A stretch of DNA of 64,000 bases from assembly GCA_963777485.1 (NCBI GenBank), contig CAVZQP010000002.1, positions 1,006,030 to 1,070,029 on the forward strand, in the 5' to 3' direction. Below the pieces are notes generated by a model. It was not told the DNA's origin, made no database searches, and saw only the letters and a list, made by a program, of their open reading frames with translations. Numbering within the stretch: the stretch's first letter is position 1; the number at the start of each line of letters is the position of its first letter. This document shows, piece by piece, positions 29,311 to 39,671 of the stretch. The DNA is from an uncultured Acidimicrobiaceae bacterium (lineage in GTDB: Bacteria > Actinomycetota > Acidimicrobiia > Acidimicrobiales > RAAP-2). The translations under genes were made by a program, and so were the position numbers.

Positions 29311-30294
29311 TTAGGCCGCGGCCGCCTTCACCTCGGTTGCTTCGTCCGCGCTCGACAGCGCCTTCCACAACGCGAAGTAGCTGGGGTACGTGATGGCGCC
29401 GGTCACGTAGCCGGCGCGCTCGAGCTCGGCGTGGAAGGCCGGCAGGTTCCGCCACGGCACGCCCATGTCGACATGGTGGGCCAGGTGCCAGCCGGTGTTG
29501 TACGGCACGATCCAGAACCGTGCCGCCCACGACTGCCGCACGTTGTGCGTCGTCGCCCGCCGGTCAGGGCTGCGCTCCATGCCGCCGTGCTCTGCGATGG
29601 AGCGCAGGCGGTTGATGACGCGCCACTCGGTCATCCAAGGAAGGAACCACAAGAGCGGATAGACCCACCAGCGACCTGTCGCCGCCCACATCGCCGCCCA
29701 CAGCAGGACCTGCACGGCGAAGATCGAGAGACCGATGGGGCGGAACGGGCCCTTGCGCGCCGTGTTCTTCACGAGCGGTACGAAATTCTTCCAGCCGCTG
29801 ATGCCGACGGCGTCGCGGAACAGGCGGCGGTACAGCGCCCGCTGCGTGCAGGGGTAGGGCCCGTAGAACGCGATGTCCGGCTCGTCCGGCCCGAACTCGT
29901 CTTTGTGGTGCGCGAAGTGGACCCGCCGGTACAACTGCACCGGCGTGAAGACCGGGTAGGCCACGACCCATTTGCCGATGAAGTCGTTCCACCGTTTGTT
30001 GGTGAACAGCAGCTTGTGCGCCGCCTCGTGCATCAAAATGGCGAAGCGGGCGTACATCGGGCCCATGAGCACGAACGCCAGCAGGTAGCTCCACCACTGA
30101 CCGAGCCAGACGGCGCCGCCGATGATGACGGCCACCCAGAACCAGACCATGAAGACGGAGAGGGCGTTGCGCGCGTTGGGGATGCGCCGCAGGTCGCCCC
30201 GCAGCGCCGGGATCGCCATGCCGTTCGCCAGCAGGCGCTCGCTCGGCAGGACCTCGGGCCGGTCGACGACGGGAGGCACCATGGTGCTCGCCAT
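29311..30294 (-). CDS. Membrane fatty-acid desaturase family protein
   Basis: Three His boxes (HEAAHK, HFAHHK, HLAHHVD) and hydrophobic N-terminal TM segments. Confidence 0.85.
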   Translation of the reverse strand: MASTMVPPVVDRPEVLPSERLLANGMAIPALRGDLRRIPNARNALSVFMVWFWVAVIIGGAVWLGQWWSYLLAFVLMGPMYARFAILMHEAAHKLLFTNKRWNDFIGKWVVAYPVFTPVQLYRRVHFAHHKDEFGPDEPDIAFYGPYPCTQRALYRRLFRDAVGISGWKNFVPLVKNTARKGPFRPIGLSIFAVQVLLWAAMWAATGRWWVYPLLWFLPWMTEWRVINRLRSIAEHGGMERSPDRRATTHNVRQSWAARFWIVPYNTGWHLAHHVDMGVPWRNLPAFHAELERAGYVTGAITYPSYFALWKALSSADEATEVKAAAA

Positions 30295-30323
30295 GTCTCT
30301 ATATTACGATATTCAGTCAACTG

Positions 30324-31097
30324 ATGCAACCTCGTAATAGCCCTCGCACCGCGCCAGGTCCTGGGCGTCCCCTCACCGCCCGGTCGGTGATGGCCAGCGC
30401 CCTCCTCGGCATGGATCCACCCGAGCTCCCCGTCGCCCAGCTAGTCCGCCTCACCGGCCTCTTCGGTATCAGCGAGAACCGCGCCCGGGTTGCCCTCAGC
30501 CGCATGGTCGGCGCCGGCGAGGCCACGTCCGACGGCGCCGGCCGCTACCGCCTGACCGGTCACCTGGCCGCCCGCCAGACGCGCCAGTCGGCGAGCCGCG
30601 CCGGCCTCACGACCGACTACGAAGGCTCGTGGTGGCTGGCCGTCGTGACGACGACCGGCAGCACAGCCGAGGTCCGCGGCGCCCGGCGTCGCGCTCTCAC
30701 CTATGCCCGGCTCGCCGAGTTCAGGGAAGGCGTGTGGATGCGGCCGGCCAACGTCGCCGTATCGCTCCCGGACTCCCTGCACGGCGACATCGAACTGATG
30801 ACCGCGGTCCCACCCGACGCGGGCCTGCTCGCCGGACGTCTGTGGGACCTCTCCGGTTGGGCGCGGCACGCCAACAAGCTCCAGGCCGCACTCGATGTGC
30901 TCCCGCCCGACGGCCCCGAGGCGCTGGCGCCGGGGTTCGAGCTCTCGGCCGCCGTGCTCCGGCATCTGCAGGCCGACCCGTTGCTCCCCGTGCAGCTGCA
31001 GCCGTCGCACTGGCCCGGTTCCCTTCTGCGACAGTCCTATGACGAGTGGGACGCGCGTTACCGCGCCACGCTCCGTTCCTGGAGCCGCGACAGCTGA
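30324..31097 (+). CDS. PaaX-family transcriptional regulator
   Basis: N-terminal wHTH ...LVRLTGLFGISENRARVALSRMVGAGE.., middle/C-terminal PaaX-like ..EGVWMRP..L.. region. Divergent from the desaturase with only a 29-bp AT-rich spacer. Confidence 0.75.
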   Translation: MQPRNSPRTAPGPGRPLTARSVMASALLGMDPPELPVAQLVRLTGLFGISENRARVALSRMVGAGEATSDGAGRYRLTGHLAARQTRQSASRAGLTTDYEGSWWLAVVTTTGSTAEVRGARRRALTYARLAEFREGVWMRPANVAVSLPDSLHGDIELMTAVPPDAGLLAGRLWDLSGWARHANKLQAALDVLPPDGPEALAPGFELSAAVLRHLQADPLLPVQLQPSHWPGSLLRQSYDEWDARYRATLRSWSRDS

Positions 31098-31159
31098 CCG
31101 TGCGGCGGCGTCGGAGGCCCGGGGTAGGGGATGGCCCCCGGCCTCCGAACCGTCGCCAC

Positions 31160-32338
31160 CTAGTGGAGGATGTCGAGCGTGTTGGCGCCGCCGTTGTCGT
31201 CGACGAACAGCAGGCCGTGGCCGCCGGGCGCGATGGCCAGGCCGAAGAGATCGCCACCGCTGTTGAAGGGGTCGATCGTCTTCGTGTCCACCTGCATCCC
31301 GAACGGCGAGACCTCGACGGCGTTGCCGTCGTCCGCGTTCACCGTGATGAGGTCACCGTTGGGCGCAGCCACCAGGCCGAGCGGGCCGTTGAGGCTGCCA
31401 CCCGTGCTCAGCGGGATGCCGCCGCCGATGACCGGGAAGAACCGGCTCGTCGCGAACGGGACCGCGGTGATCCGGCTCTTGACGGTATCGGCGACGTAGA
31501 GGGTGCCGTTCCTTCCGAGTGCCACACCGGTCGGGCCGATGACGAGGGCATTCGGGTCGAGCTTCTCGGCGAACCCCGTCGCGATCACATTGCTCGCGAA
31601 GAACACCGGCGGCCGGCCCGGCGGGTCGAACACACTGAGGCGGACCACCGAGCCGTGGTCGACCTCGCTGCCACTCGCCGCCACCGTGTCGTTCAGCACG
31701 TTGGTGACGAACAGCTCGGAGAAGGGCCCGAACACCTGCAGCGCGGTCATGTCCCATGGCCCGTTTATGCCGGCCCCGGCGAAGGTCTCGACCGGCACGC
31801 CGTCGCTGTTCAGCACGATGAGACACCCGGCCTCGGGCGTGCCGCTGCCGTCCTGGGTGACGGGAAGGCTGCCCACCACCACATAGCCGTCGCCCAGCAC
31901 GCTCAGCGCGGTCGTTAGACCCACGCCGCCGGGGCACGAGCCCGGCAGCGTGCTCGCGTCGATCTGGGCGAATACGCCCACCTGGCCGTTCGGCGCGACC
32001 TGCATGATGGTCGTGCCGGTGCCCTGCGTGTTGTTGCTCGAGTTGAAATTGCTCACGAGAGTGTCGCCCCGCACGAGGTTGCCGGTGCTGAACGGGACAT
32101 TGGCCACGCCGTAGGGGTTCTGGTCTCCGGTGCCCGGTCCGGTGGTCGGCACCGTCGACGCCACGACGTCGACGTTGTTGAAGTGCGACAGGAACGGCGT
32201 CGGTGCCGCTGACGCCGGTGTCACCGCCACCGCCGCCACCGAGGCGACGACCGCCGCCAGTGCGGCTGCCCCGCTTGCGAGGAGCCGTATGCCGCGGGCG
32301 CGGCCCTCGACTCGGGGGGTCGTTTCGAAGCTCGTCAT
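31160..32338 (-). CDS. Secreted NHL/beta-propeller-like hypothetical protein
   Basis: N-terminus MTSFETTPRVEGRARGIRLLASGAAALAAVVASVAAVAVTPASA, with NHL-like strands (GTLYVADTVKSRI, GDLITVNADDGN). The start is uncertain (32338 or 32377). Confidence 0.6.
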   Translation of the reverse strand: MTSFETTPRVEGRARGIRLLASGAAALAAVVASVAAVAVTPASAAPTPFLSHFNNVDVVASTVPTTGPGTGDQNPYGVANVPFSTGNLVRGDTLVSNFNSSNNTQGTGTTIMQVAPNGQVGVFAQIDASTLPGSCPGGVGLTTALSVLGDGYVVVGSLPVTQDGSGTPEAGCLIVLNSDGVPVETFAGAGINGPWDMTALQVFGPFSELFVTNVLNDTVAASGSEVDHGSVVRLSVFDPPGRPPVFFASNVIATGFAEKLDPNALVIGPTGVALGRNGTLYVADTVKSRITAVPFATSRFFPVIGGGIPLSTGGSLNGPLGLVAAPNGDLITVNADDGNAVEVSPFGMQVDTKTIDPFNSGGDLFGLAIAPGGHGLLFVDDNGGANTLDILH

Positions 32339-32449
32339 GACGAATGCTCCCTTCCGTCTGGTCCGCACGTCGCACACGCGACGAGCCGTCCCCTCTCCCA
32401 GTGCGGTACGGACAGCGGGCCGATTCGGATTGGCGATAGCGTCGAATGC

Positions 32450-32797
32450 GTGAGGATCGAAGTCGCCTTCACCGGCGTTCCGGTCTCGGACCTGAGCCGT
32501 GGCCAGGATTTCTTCGAGCGCGTCCTCGGAAAACCGCCCGACGTGCTCGTGAACGAGAGCGAGGTGATGTGGCAGGTCGCCGAGGCGGCCTGGCTCTACG
32601 TGGTGGTCGACCCGGCTCGCGCAGGCCGTGCGCTAACCGCCGTCTCGGTGCCGGATCTCGACGGCGCGCTCGAAGAGTTGGCGTCCAGAGGCATAGAGCC
32701 CTCGGTGATCGAGCAGCCCGGTCCGTCGGCGCGCAAGGCCACGGTCTTCGACGCCGATGGGAATTCGGTCGCGATCATCGAGGTGCGCGAAACCTAG
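32450..32797 (+). CDS. VOC (glyoxalase/bleomycin-resistance) family protein
   Basis: 115 aa with single betaalphabetabetabeta-pair architecture: ...VPVSDLSRGQDFFERVLG... and ...VFDADGNSVAIIE. Confidence 0.75.
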   Translation: MRIEVAFTGVPVSDLSRGQDFFERVLGKPPDVLVNESEVMWQVAEAAWLYVVVDPARAGRALTAVSVPDLDGALEELASRGIEPSVIEQPGPSARKATVFDADGNSVAIIEVRET

Positions 32798-33546
32798 GGC
32801 ACGGTCTCCGCCGTCTTTTCCCACACCGAGATGTGCATTCTGCTGTCGCCCGTGAAGGCGGACCGGTCCCAGTCGCTCCATCGCTCGCGCAGCACCATGC
32901 CGGCCAGGCGGCCCATGAGATCGAGCTCGGCCGGCCAGACGTAGCGGAAGGGCGGGGACCACATCTCGATGTGACCGTCCCGCTCGAAGATGTGATGCGA
33001 CACCGAACGTTGCGTCGCCACGTCGTACTCCTCGAACCCGAGGTGCGAGGGTTCGCTCACGAAGGGCCGCACGGTCGTTCCGGGCGGGAGGCGACGCAGC
33101 TCGGGCACCATGACCTCGATCACGAAGCACCCTCCCATCTCGAGGTGCCAGGCGACGTTCCGGAAGCACTCGACCTGTGCCTCCTGCGTCGTGAGGTTCA
33201 TGATCGTGTTGCGCACGAGGTACGCCAGTGAGAAGGACCCGTCCCGGTCCTCGACCTTCGTCGTGGCGAAGTCACCGAGGGTGATCCCCACCGCCCCCGC
33301 TCCCTGTTGAAGCCGGAGCTGCTCCACCATGTCGGGCGACAACTCGATCCCGTGCATGCGCACACCCCTGGCGCTCAGGGGTAGTGCGAGCCGGCCGGTA
33401 CCGACGCCGAGCTCGAGCGCCGGCCCGCCGCGCGCAAGCCCGGCGAGAAACTCGACCGCCGGGTCCACCATGCCGGGCTCGTAGAGGTGTGGCCAGAGCG
33501 ACTTGTACTCCCGCGCGAACGCACCGGTGAAGAAGTTCTCGGCCAC
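32794..33546 (-). CDS. Class I SAM-dependent methyltransferase
   Basis: Motif I ALELGVGTGRLALPL and post-I HGIELSPDM. Confidence 0.8.
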   Translation of the reverse strand: MAENFFTGAFAREYKSLWPHLYEPGMVDPAVEFLAGLARGGPALELGVGTGRLALPLSARGVRMHGIELSPDMVEQLRLQQGAGAVGITLGDFATTKVEDRDGSFSLAYLVRNTIMNLTTQEAQVECFRNVAWHLEMGGCFVIEVMVPELRRLPPGTTVRPFVSEPSHLGFEEYDVATQRSVSHHIFERDGHIEMWSPPFRYVWPAELDLMGRLAGMVLRERWSDWDRSAFTGDSRMHISVWEKTAETVP

Positions 33547-33618
33547 GTCCCCATGTTGCCAGCCGGGTGCACCGCCGGCGTTAGCCTCTTCCGAGCATCA
33601 GTCCGGACAGGAGCCGAC

Positions 33619-33945
33619 ATGCCAACAGGTGCGATCGTGGCCCTCGTCATTGCCTTTGCGGTGATCTTCGTGTACGTGATCGCCCGCATGGGAGCCGCGG
33701 CCGGGCAGAAGAGGGGTTACTCGGGCATGGGCGGCGACACGATCGTCCGCTGCAGCCAGGGCCATCTCTTCACCACGACGTGGATCGTGGGCTCGTCCGT
33801 CAAGGCCGTCCGGCTGGGCTACAAGCGCTATCAGCGCTGCCCGGTCTGCAAGAAGTGGCGCATCGTGGTTCCCGTCCGCGACGACGAGCTCACCGACGAG
33901 GACCGGCGGGTCGCCGCCACGCACCACGACACGAAATTGCCCTGA
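33619..33945 (+). CDS. Small membrane-anchored protein with zinc-ribbon-like Cys pairs, hypothetical
   Basis: 108 aa with an N-terminal TM segment GAIVALVIAFAVIFVYVIA, followed by RCSQGH...(27)...RCPVCKKW. Confidence 0.5.
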   Translation: MPTGAIVALVIAFAVIFVYVIARMGAAAGQKRGYSGMGGDTIVRCSQGHLFTTTWIVGSSVKAVRLGYKRYQRCPVCKKWRIVVPVRDDELTDEDRRVAATHHDTKLP

Positions 33946-33990
33946 AGCCCCCACGTCACTCAGGCGTCCAGGGGGCCGCCCGACCGCGGC

Positions 33991-35097
33991 TCAGGCGTAC
34001 TTCTTGTTCTTCTCGGCGTACATGGCGTGGTCCGCCCGCCGCATCAAGGAGTCACTGGTGTCGCCCGCCTGGGACCGGGCGGTGCCGATGGTCACCTCGA
34101 TAGAGAAGGAGGCTCCCGACGCCTCGTCCTCGACCTGGAGGGCCCGGCGGCAGGCGCCGATCACGCGGTCGATGGCGGCCGCGTCGGCGCGGGTGAGGAG
34201 GGCCACGAACTCGTCGCCGCCCATCCGGCCGACCACGTCCGTCTCGCGCACTGCGTTTTGCAGCGCTCCGGCGACCACCTGAAGTGCCATGTCGCCGGTG
34301 TGGTGCCCGTAGGTGTCGTTGATCTGCTTGAAGGCGTCGACGTCGAGCAACATCAAGGTCATCGGGTCACCGAAGCGCCGGGATGCGGTCAGGTGCTTCT
34401 CGACCTCCTCCTGGAAGCGCCGGCGGTTGTAGATCCCGGTCAGCTCGTCGATGTCGGCCAGCGCGCGCAGGTCGGTCTCCAGGCGCTTGCGGTCCGACAC
34501 GTCGCGCAGGATCGTCAGCACGTAACGGTCCCCGATGATCTGCTGGGAGTACTCCACCCACAGGCGACGCCCGTCCTTCCTGCGCAGCTGTGCCTCGTAC
34601 GTCCCCTCGATACCCGCATGCGCCTGCTCCGACGATCTGGTGCGTACTTCGTCCCTGTCGACCAGCCCCAGCTCGAGCGAGGTGCGGCCGATGAGCTCGT
34701 TCCGCCCGTAGCCGGTCAGCGCCTCGAAGGAGTCGCTGACCTCGAGGATCCATTCGGTTTCGCGATCATTGAGGATGATCGAGTCGAGGGAGCCGCGGAG
34801 CACGACACCGAAGAGGCCGAGCCCTTCCGTGTCGTCCACGTCGTCCACCGGCAACGTGACGCCCGCAGTCATCGTGCCATCGCAACGGTGTTGGCTCGCC
34901 CGCTCCTTCAACCAGGCCAGAGCGCTGGGCGCGGGCACGAACACCGGAGCGTCCTTGTTTCCTTCCCCCTCCCCCACGTCGTCCATTATCGATTGCACGA
35001 GCCGATCAAGAAAGGTGGTGGAGAGATCGGGTCTCTTCCACGAGGTTCTGGCATATGAACGTGACAACATCGCAATTGGGGTGCACTTTCGATGCAA
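33991..35097 (-). CDS. PAS-domain diguanylate cyclase (GGDEF)
   Basis: PAS S-box (...ILEVSDSFEALTGYGRNELIGR...) followed by GGDEF (DELTGIYNRRRF..., RMGGDEFVALL). The true start is uncertain. Confidence 0.85.
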   Translation of the reverse strand: MHRKCTPIAMLSRSYARTSWKRPDLSTTFLDRLVQSIMDDVGEGEGNKDAPVFVPAPSALAWLKERASQHRCDGTMTAGVTLPVDDVDDTEGLGLFGVVLRGSLDSIILNDRETEWILEVSDSFEALTGYGRNELIGRTSLELGLVDRDEVRTRSSEQAHAGIEGTYEAQLRRKDGRRLWVEYSQQIIGDRYVLTILRDVSDRKRLETDLRALADIDELTGIYNRRRFQEEVEKHLTASRRFGDPMTLMLLDVDAFKQINDTYGHHTGDMALQVVAGALQNAVRETDVVGRMGGDEFVALLTRADAAAIDRVIGACRRALQVEDEASGASFSIEVTIGTARSQAGDTSDSLMRRADHAMYAEKNKKYA

Positions 35098-35112
35098 GAA
35101 CGCAGGCCCGGA

Positions 35113-37062
35113 TCAGGCGGCGTGCGACTGGTTGATCCAGGTCTCGTACATCTCGGCGTAGTGCCCGCCGCGCGCGACGAGCTCGTCGTGGGAGCCGACC
35201 TCGAGCAGCCGTCCGTCGCCCACGACGACGATGCGGTCCGCCCGCATGGCGGTCGAGAGCCGGTGCGCGATGAGCACAGCCGTGCGGCCCTCCAAGAGCA
35301 CGTCGAGCGCGGTCTCGACCAGCGTCTCGGACTTGAGGTCGAGGTTCGAAGTCGCCTCGTCGAGGACGAGCACGCGCGGCTCGGCCATGAAGGCCCGGCC
35401 CAGGGCGATGAGCTGGCGCTCGCCCGAAGAGAGCGACTGGCCCCGCTCGTGGACGGGCGTGTCGAGTCCGTACGGCATGCGGTGTACGAGCTCGTCCAGA
35501 CCGACCTGGTGCACGGCGTTCCAGACCTCGTCGTCGGGCGCGCCCGGGCGGGCGAACGAGATGTTGTCCCGGATCGTCCCCGCAAAGAGGAATGGCTCCT
35601 GGGGCACGACGCCCAACTGGGAACGCAGCGATTCGAGCGTCACCCGGGTCAGGTCGTACCCGTCGATTAGCACCCGGCCCTCGGTGGGGTCGTAGAAGCG
35701 CGTGACCAGCTTCGCCATCGTCGACTTGCCGGCCCCCGTGGCCCCGACGAATGCCACCGTCTCCCCGGGTGAGATCGTCAGGTCGACGTCGTGCAGGACC
35801 GGGATGGCCGGGTCGTAGCCGAACGAGACGTGGTCGAAGCGGATCTCGCCCCGGATCGGCGGGAGCTCCCCGGCATCGGGCGCTTCCTTGACCGAGGGTT
35901 CCGTCTCGAGCAGGTCCCGCAGCTTGAACACCGAGGCCCGGCCCTGCTGGAACGAGTTGTACTGCTGCGTCAAAAGTTGGATGGGCGCGAAGAACCGGTT
36001 CACGTACAAGAAGAACGCGGTGAGCTCACCCAGATTGATCTCGCTGTGCAGGAACATGTACCCGCCGAACCCGAGGATGAGTACCTGACCGAACACACTG
36101 AGTGCCTGCGAGCCGGGGCCATAGATGCTGGCGATCCGCCCCGTGTAGTTGTTGGCGTCCCGGTAGGAGCCGACGACGTCGCGGTGGGTCTCGATGTTGT
36201 AGCGCTGCCGATTGTGCGCCGTGACGATGCGCACGCCCTGCAGGCTCTCGGAGAGGTCGGCCAACACGAGCGCAATGCCGTCGCGCACCTTCTCGTAGCC
36301 GCGCTCGGACGCCCGTCGGAACCAGATCGACATCACGATGAGAATGGGGAGGACGCCAAACACGGTGATCGCCGCGAGCTCCACGTTCGTCCAGAACAAG
36401 AACCCGGTGATCACGACCATCGTCAGGCCCTGGATGGCAAACTGCGCGAGCCCGTCCTGCAGGAGCTGCTGCAGGTTCTCGATGTCGCTCGTCATCCGGC
36501 TCATCAGGACGCCCGCCTTCTCCTCGGTGAAGAAGTCGAGCGAGAGCCGCTGCAAGTGGCGGAACACCTTGATGCGGAGGTCGTTCATCACCCACGAGGC
36601 GAGCCGGCCGGTCACCCGCGCCTGACCCCACTGGCCTGAGGCCGAGACCGCGATGGTCACCAGGTACAGGATCGCCATCGCCACCACGACGCCGAAGTCG
36701 TAGTGCGCGGTGGGGTTCTGGGGGGACGGGCCTGTCAGGCCGTGGTTGATCGCGTAGGAGACCAGGCTCGGGCCGATCTGGGTTGCGACGGCGATCGTTG
36801 CCACGAGCGCGGCCGCCGCGGCGCACATGCCCGGGTACTCCATGAGCAGGCTGCTGAGTGAGAGCCGTTTCTTCTCGCTCGGCTGGGGGAGCTGGGTGAA
36901 GACGGCGTTCGACTCGCCGCGCTCAGGCTCCTCCTTCAAGAGGAGGTCGACGCCCTCCTGCAGCTCGTACGGGATGCCGCCGAACGGCAGGCCGGGCTGG
37001 GCCGCGCCCGGCGGCCCACCGCCGCCCATCGGGCCCCCGACCATGCCACCACCGCCGAACAT
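35113..37062 (-). CDS. ABC exporter, fused permease/ATPase (MdlB/MsbA type), subunit B
   Basis: Six-TM exporter domain plus GATGAGKST, LSSGERQ and VLVLDEATS. Confidence 0.9.
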   Translation of the reverse strand: MFGGGGMVGGPMGGGGPPGAAQPGLPFGGIPYELQEGVDLLLKEEPERGESNAVFTQLPQPSEKKRLSLSSLLMEYPGMCAAAAALVATIAVATQIGPSLVSYAINHGLTGPSPQNPTAHYDFGVVVAMAILYLVTIAVSASGQWGQARVTGRLASWVMNDLRIKVFRHLQRLSLDFFTEEKAGVLMSRMTSDIENLQQLLQDGLAQFAIQGLTMVVITGFLFWTNVELAAITVFGVLPILIVMSIWFRRASERGYEKVRDGIALVLADLSESLQGVRIVTAHNRQRYNIETHRDVVGSYRDANNYTGRIASIYGPGSQALSVFGQVLILGFGGYMFLHSEINLGELTAFFLYVNRFFAPIQLLTQQYNSFQQGRASVFKLRDLLETEPSVKEAPDAGELPPIRGEIRFDHVSFGYDPAIPVLHDVDLTISPGETVAFVGATGAGKSTMAKLVTRFYDPTEGRVLIDGYDLTRVTLESLRSQLGVVPQEPFLFAGTIRDNISFARPGAPDDEVWNAVHQVGLDELVHRMPYGLDTPVHERGQSLSSGERQLIALGRAFMAEPRVLVLDEATSNLDLKSETLVETALDVLLEGRTAVLIAHRLSTAMRADRIVVVGDGRLLEVGSHDELVARGGHYAEMYETWINQSHAA

Positions 37063-39092
37063 CAGACGACACCCCCCTCGGGGCTCAGCAGGTCCGCGTC
37101 GTCCTCAAGCCCGAGGTCCTCGCGACCGGCCGCCGCCTCGCCTGCTTCTTCCTCCTCGCTGGCTGCCTGCGCGAGCACCTCGGCGTACAGCGGCGCGGTG
37201 GCGAGCAGCTCCGCGTGCGTGCCGTCGGCGACGATCTGGCCGCTGTCGAGCAGGATGACCCGGTCGGCCAGGCTGATGGTGGAGAGCCGGTGGGCGATGA
37301 TCAACGTGGTGCGCCCCTCCATCAGGACGCGCAGGGCTCCGTGGATGCCCTGCTCGACCTTCACGTCGATTGCGCTCGTGGCGTCGTCGAGGATCAGGAT
37401 GGGCGGGTTCACGAGCAGCGCCCGCGCAATGGCGATGCGCTGGCGCTGGCCGCCCGAGAGCGTGTACCCCCGTTCGCCGACCACCGTGTCGTACCCCTCG
37501 GGCAGGCGGCCGATGAACCCGGCAGCGCCCGCCGCCTCGGCAGCTTCCTTGATCTGGTCCATGGTCGCGTCGGGGCGCCCGTACGCGATGTTGTCCCGGA
37601 TCGACACGGAGAAGAGGAACGGCTCGTCGAGGACCATGCCGATGTTCGCTCGCAGGCTGGTCAGCGTGAGGTCGCGCACGTCGTGACCGTCGACGCGCAC
37701 AGCGCCACCCGTCACGTCGTAGAAGCGAGGGAGGAGCCTGGACAGTGACGACTTCCCGCTGCCGGTGCGTCCCACCATGGCAACCGTCTCGCCCGGGCGG
37801 AGATGCAGGTTGAGGTGGTGCAACACGTCGCGCGGGCCACCCCCGTCATCGCCATCGGATTTGGAGAGCAGGCTGTCGTCCGCGTAGGCGAACGTCACGT
37901 CGTCGAAGAAGACGTCACCCTCGCTCTCCACCAGCTCGATCGCGCCCGGACGGTCGACGATCGTCGGCTTCTCGTCGAGGATCTCGTAGATGCGCGCCGC
38001 GGATGCGGAGGCGCGCTGGCCCATCATGATGAGCATCCCCAGCATCATGAACGGGGCCTGCATCATCACCAGCCACAGGTTGAACGAGATGATCGTCTGG
38101 ACCGGCAGGTGGTCGTGGATGATCATCCAGCCGCCTACGAGCAGCACGAAGACGAGGCCCACCTGCGACAGGTTCTGGACGAGCGGCGTGAAACGCGCCC
38201 GCAGGTCGGCATCCTTGATGTAGGCCCACTGGACTTTGTCGGCCGCCGTGCCGAGTTGGCGGAGCTGCTGCTGCTCGGCGGCGAAGGAGCGGACAACGCG
38301 GACGCCGTTGACGTTCTCGTCGACCACGGTGGCCACCTCGGCGAGCCGAGCCTGGATGATCCACGACACGGGGAAGAGCTTGCGCCGCATACGGATGCCC
38401 ACCACGTAGATGAAGGGCATGGAGATCATCGCCACCAACGCCAGCGGCACGCTGATCGAGAGCATGAAGCAGAACGCGACGATGGCGAGGGAGCACTGGA
38501 CGAGGATCATCGGGGCGAACGTCAGGTACATCTGCACGGAGCGAATGTCCGAGTTCGCACGCGAGATCAGCTGCCCCGACTGGACGCGGTCGTAGAACGG
38601 GAACGACATCCGCGAGAAGTGCTCGTAGAGCAAGTTGCGCAGATCGAACTCGATTGAGTACGCGACCTTGAAGAGGTTCGAACGCGAGATGTAGCCGAAC
38701 GCACCGGTGAACACGCCGAGAACGGCAATCAGGATGACGTAGTTGCGCAATCCCGACGTATTCTTGACGATCGCGTCGCCGATGCCGTTCTGCAACAGCA
38801 GCGGGATCCACACCTGGATCATGAGGCCGGCGAACGCGAAGAACACTGCCGCGAACCACTGCTTCTTGTGCGCCATGACGATCGGCGCGGCGCGCTTGAT
38901 CCATGACTTGGATTCGTCCGGGTCGACGGTTGCCGTCGGCTTCTCGTACCGGCTGACCGCCCCGGTGGGGATATAGGCCGCGAAGGGCAGGGTCTTTTCG
39001 GCCGTGGCCACCGCCCCGTCGGCCCCCCGGCCGTTCCCGGCGGCAGGCGTCGGCGCGCCGGACTCTTCGAGGCGGTCCTCGGTCTTGCTCAC
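37062..39092 (-). CDS. ABC exporter, fused permease/ATPase (MdlA/MsbA type), subunit A
   Basis: GRTGSGKSS, LSGGQRQR, ILILDDATS. There is a TGATG stop/start overlap with the downstream partner. Confidence 0.9.
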   Translation of the reverse strand: MSKTEDRLEESGAPTPAAGNGRGADGAVATAEKTLPFAAYIPTGAVSRYEKPTATVDPDESKSWIKRAAPIVMAHKKQWFAAVFFAFAGLMIQVWIPLLLQNGIGDAIVKNTSGLRNYVILIAVLGVFTGAFGYISRSNLFKVAYSIEFDLRNLLYEHFSRMSFPFYDRVQSGQLISRANSDIRSVQMYLTFAPMILVQCSLAIVAFCFMLSISVPLALVAMISMPFIYVVGIRMRRKLFPVSWIIQARLAEVATVVDENVNGVRVVRSFAAEQQQLRQLGTAADKVQWAYIKDADLRARFTPLVQNLSQVGLVFVLLVGGWMIIHDHLPVQTIISFNLWLVMMQAPFMMLGMLIMMGQRASASAARIYEILDEKPTIVDRPGAIELVESEGDVFFDDVTFAYADDSLLSKSDGDDGGGPRDVLHHLNLHLRPGETVAMVGRTGSGKSSLSRLLPRFYDVTGGAVRVDGHDVRDLTLTSLRANIGMVLDEPFLFSVSIRDNIAYGRPDATMDQIKEAAEAAGAAGFIGRLPEGYDTVVGERGYTLSGGQRQRIAIARALLVNPPILILDDATSAIDVKVEQGIHGALRVLMEGRTTLIIAHRLSTISLADRVILLDSGQIVADGTHAELLATAPLYAEVLAQAASEEEEAGEAAAGREDLGLEDDADLLSPEGGVV

Positions 39093-39652
39093 TTCGCCGC
39101 CTTCTCGGTGTCATCCGCCGCGTTCTCTTTGGGCGTTTCGCGCGATGCGGCCATGGCGCGCCCCCACAGTTCGAGGGAGCGCAACGCCATCGCCTCGTCC
39201 TTGCTGGGCAGATAGCCGGCGAGGGATGCGATGTACTCGTCGACCGCCCGGTCCGCCGCGTCGAGGATCCGCTCACCCTCGCTGGTCAGGCGAAGCGCGA
39301 CCTTCCGCCGGTCGTCCTCCTCCTGGCGTCGGTCGACGAGGCCCCTGGCGACGAGCCCGTCGATCAAGGCGGTGATGGACGGGCGCCGAACGGCCAGCCG
39401 GTCCGCGAGGCCGGACGCCGCCGAGGAGCCCTCGGCCAGGATGCCGAGCACCCGGAACTGGGGGAGGGTCAGATCAACAGTGCCGAGCGCCACCTCGACC
39501 CGTTTCGACAGCCAGGCGGTGACGCGGCCGTATGAGCCCAGCACCCGGGGCGTGGCAGTTGCCGCGGGGTCGGAGACCTGGTCAGCGCCCGTTTTCCGGC
39601 CCGGCGCCGCGTCGGTCGAGGGGGGAGTGGTGACGGACACTTCGACAATCAT
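39089..39652 (-). CDS. MarR-family transcriptional regulator
   Basis: ...LTLPQFRVLGILAEGSSAASGLADRLAVRRPSITALIDGLVARGLVDRR.. is the MarR wHTH. ATG at 39652 chosen. It has a 4-nt overlap with the ABC gene. Confidence 0.85.
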   Translation of the reverse strand: MIVEVSVTTPPSTDAAPGRKTGADQVSDPAATATPRVLGSYGRVTAWLSKRVEVALGTVDLTLPQFRVLGILAEGSSAASGLADRLAVRRPSITALIDGLVARGLVDRRQEEDDRRKVALRLTSEGERILDAADRAVDEYIASLAGYLPSKDEAMALRSLELWGRAMAASRETPKENAADDTEKAAK

Positions 39653-39654
39653 AC

Positions 39655-39671
39655 AGTTAGAACCTCTAACT
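39655..39671. promoter_or_regulatory. Perfect inverted repeat AGTTAGA-acc-TCTAACT, candidate MarR operator
   Basis: Read directly, 3 nt upstream of the MarR start codon. Confidence 0.45.
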
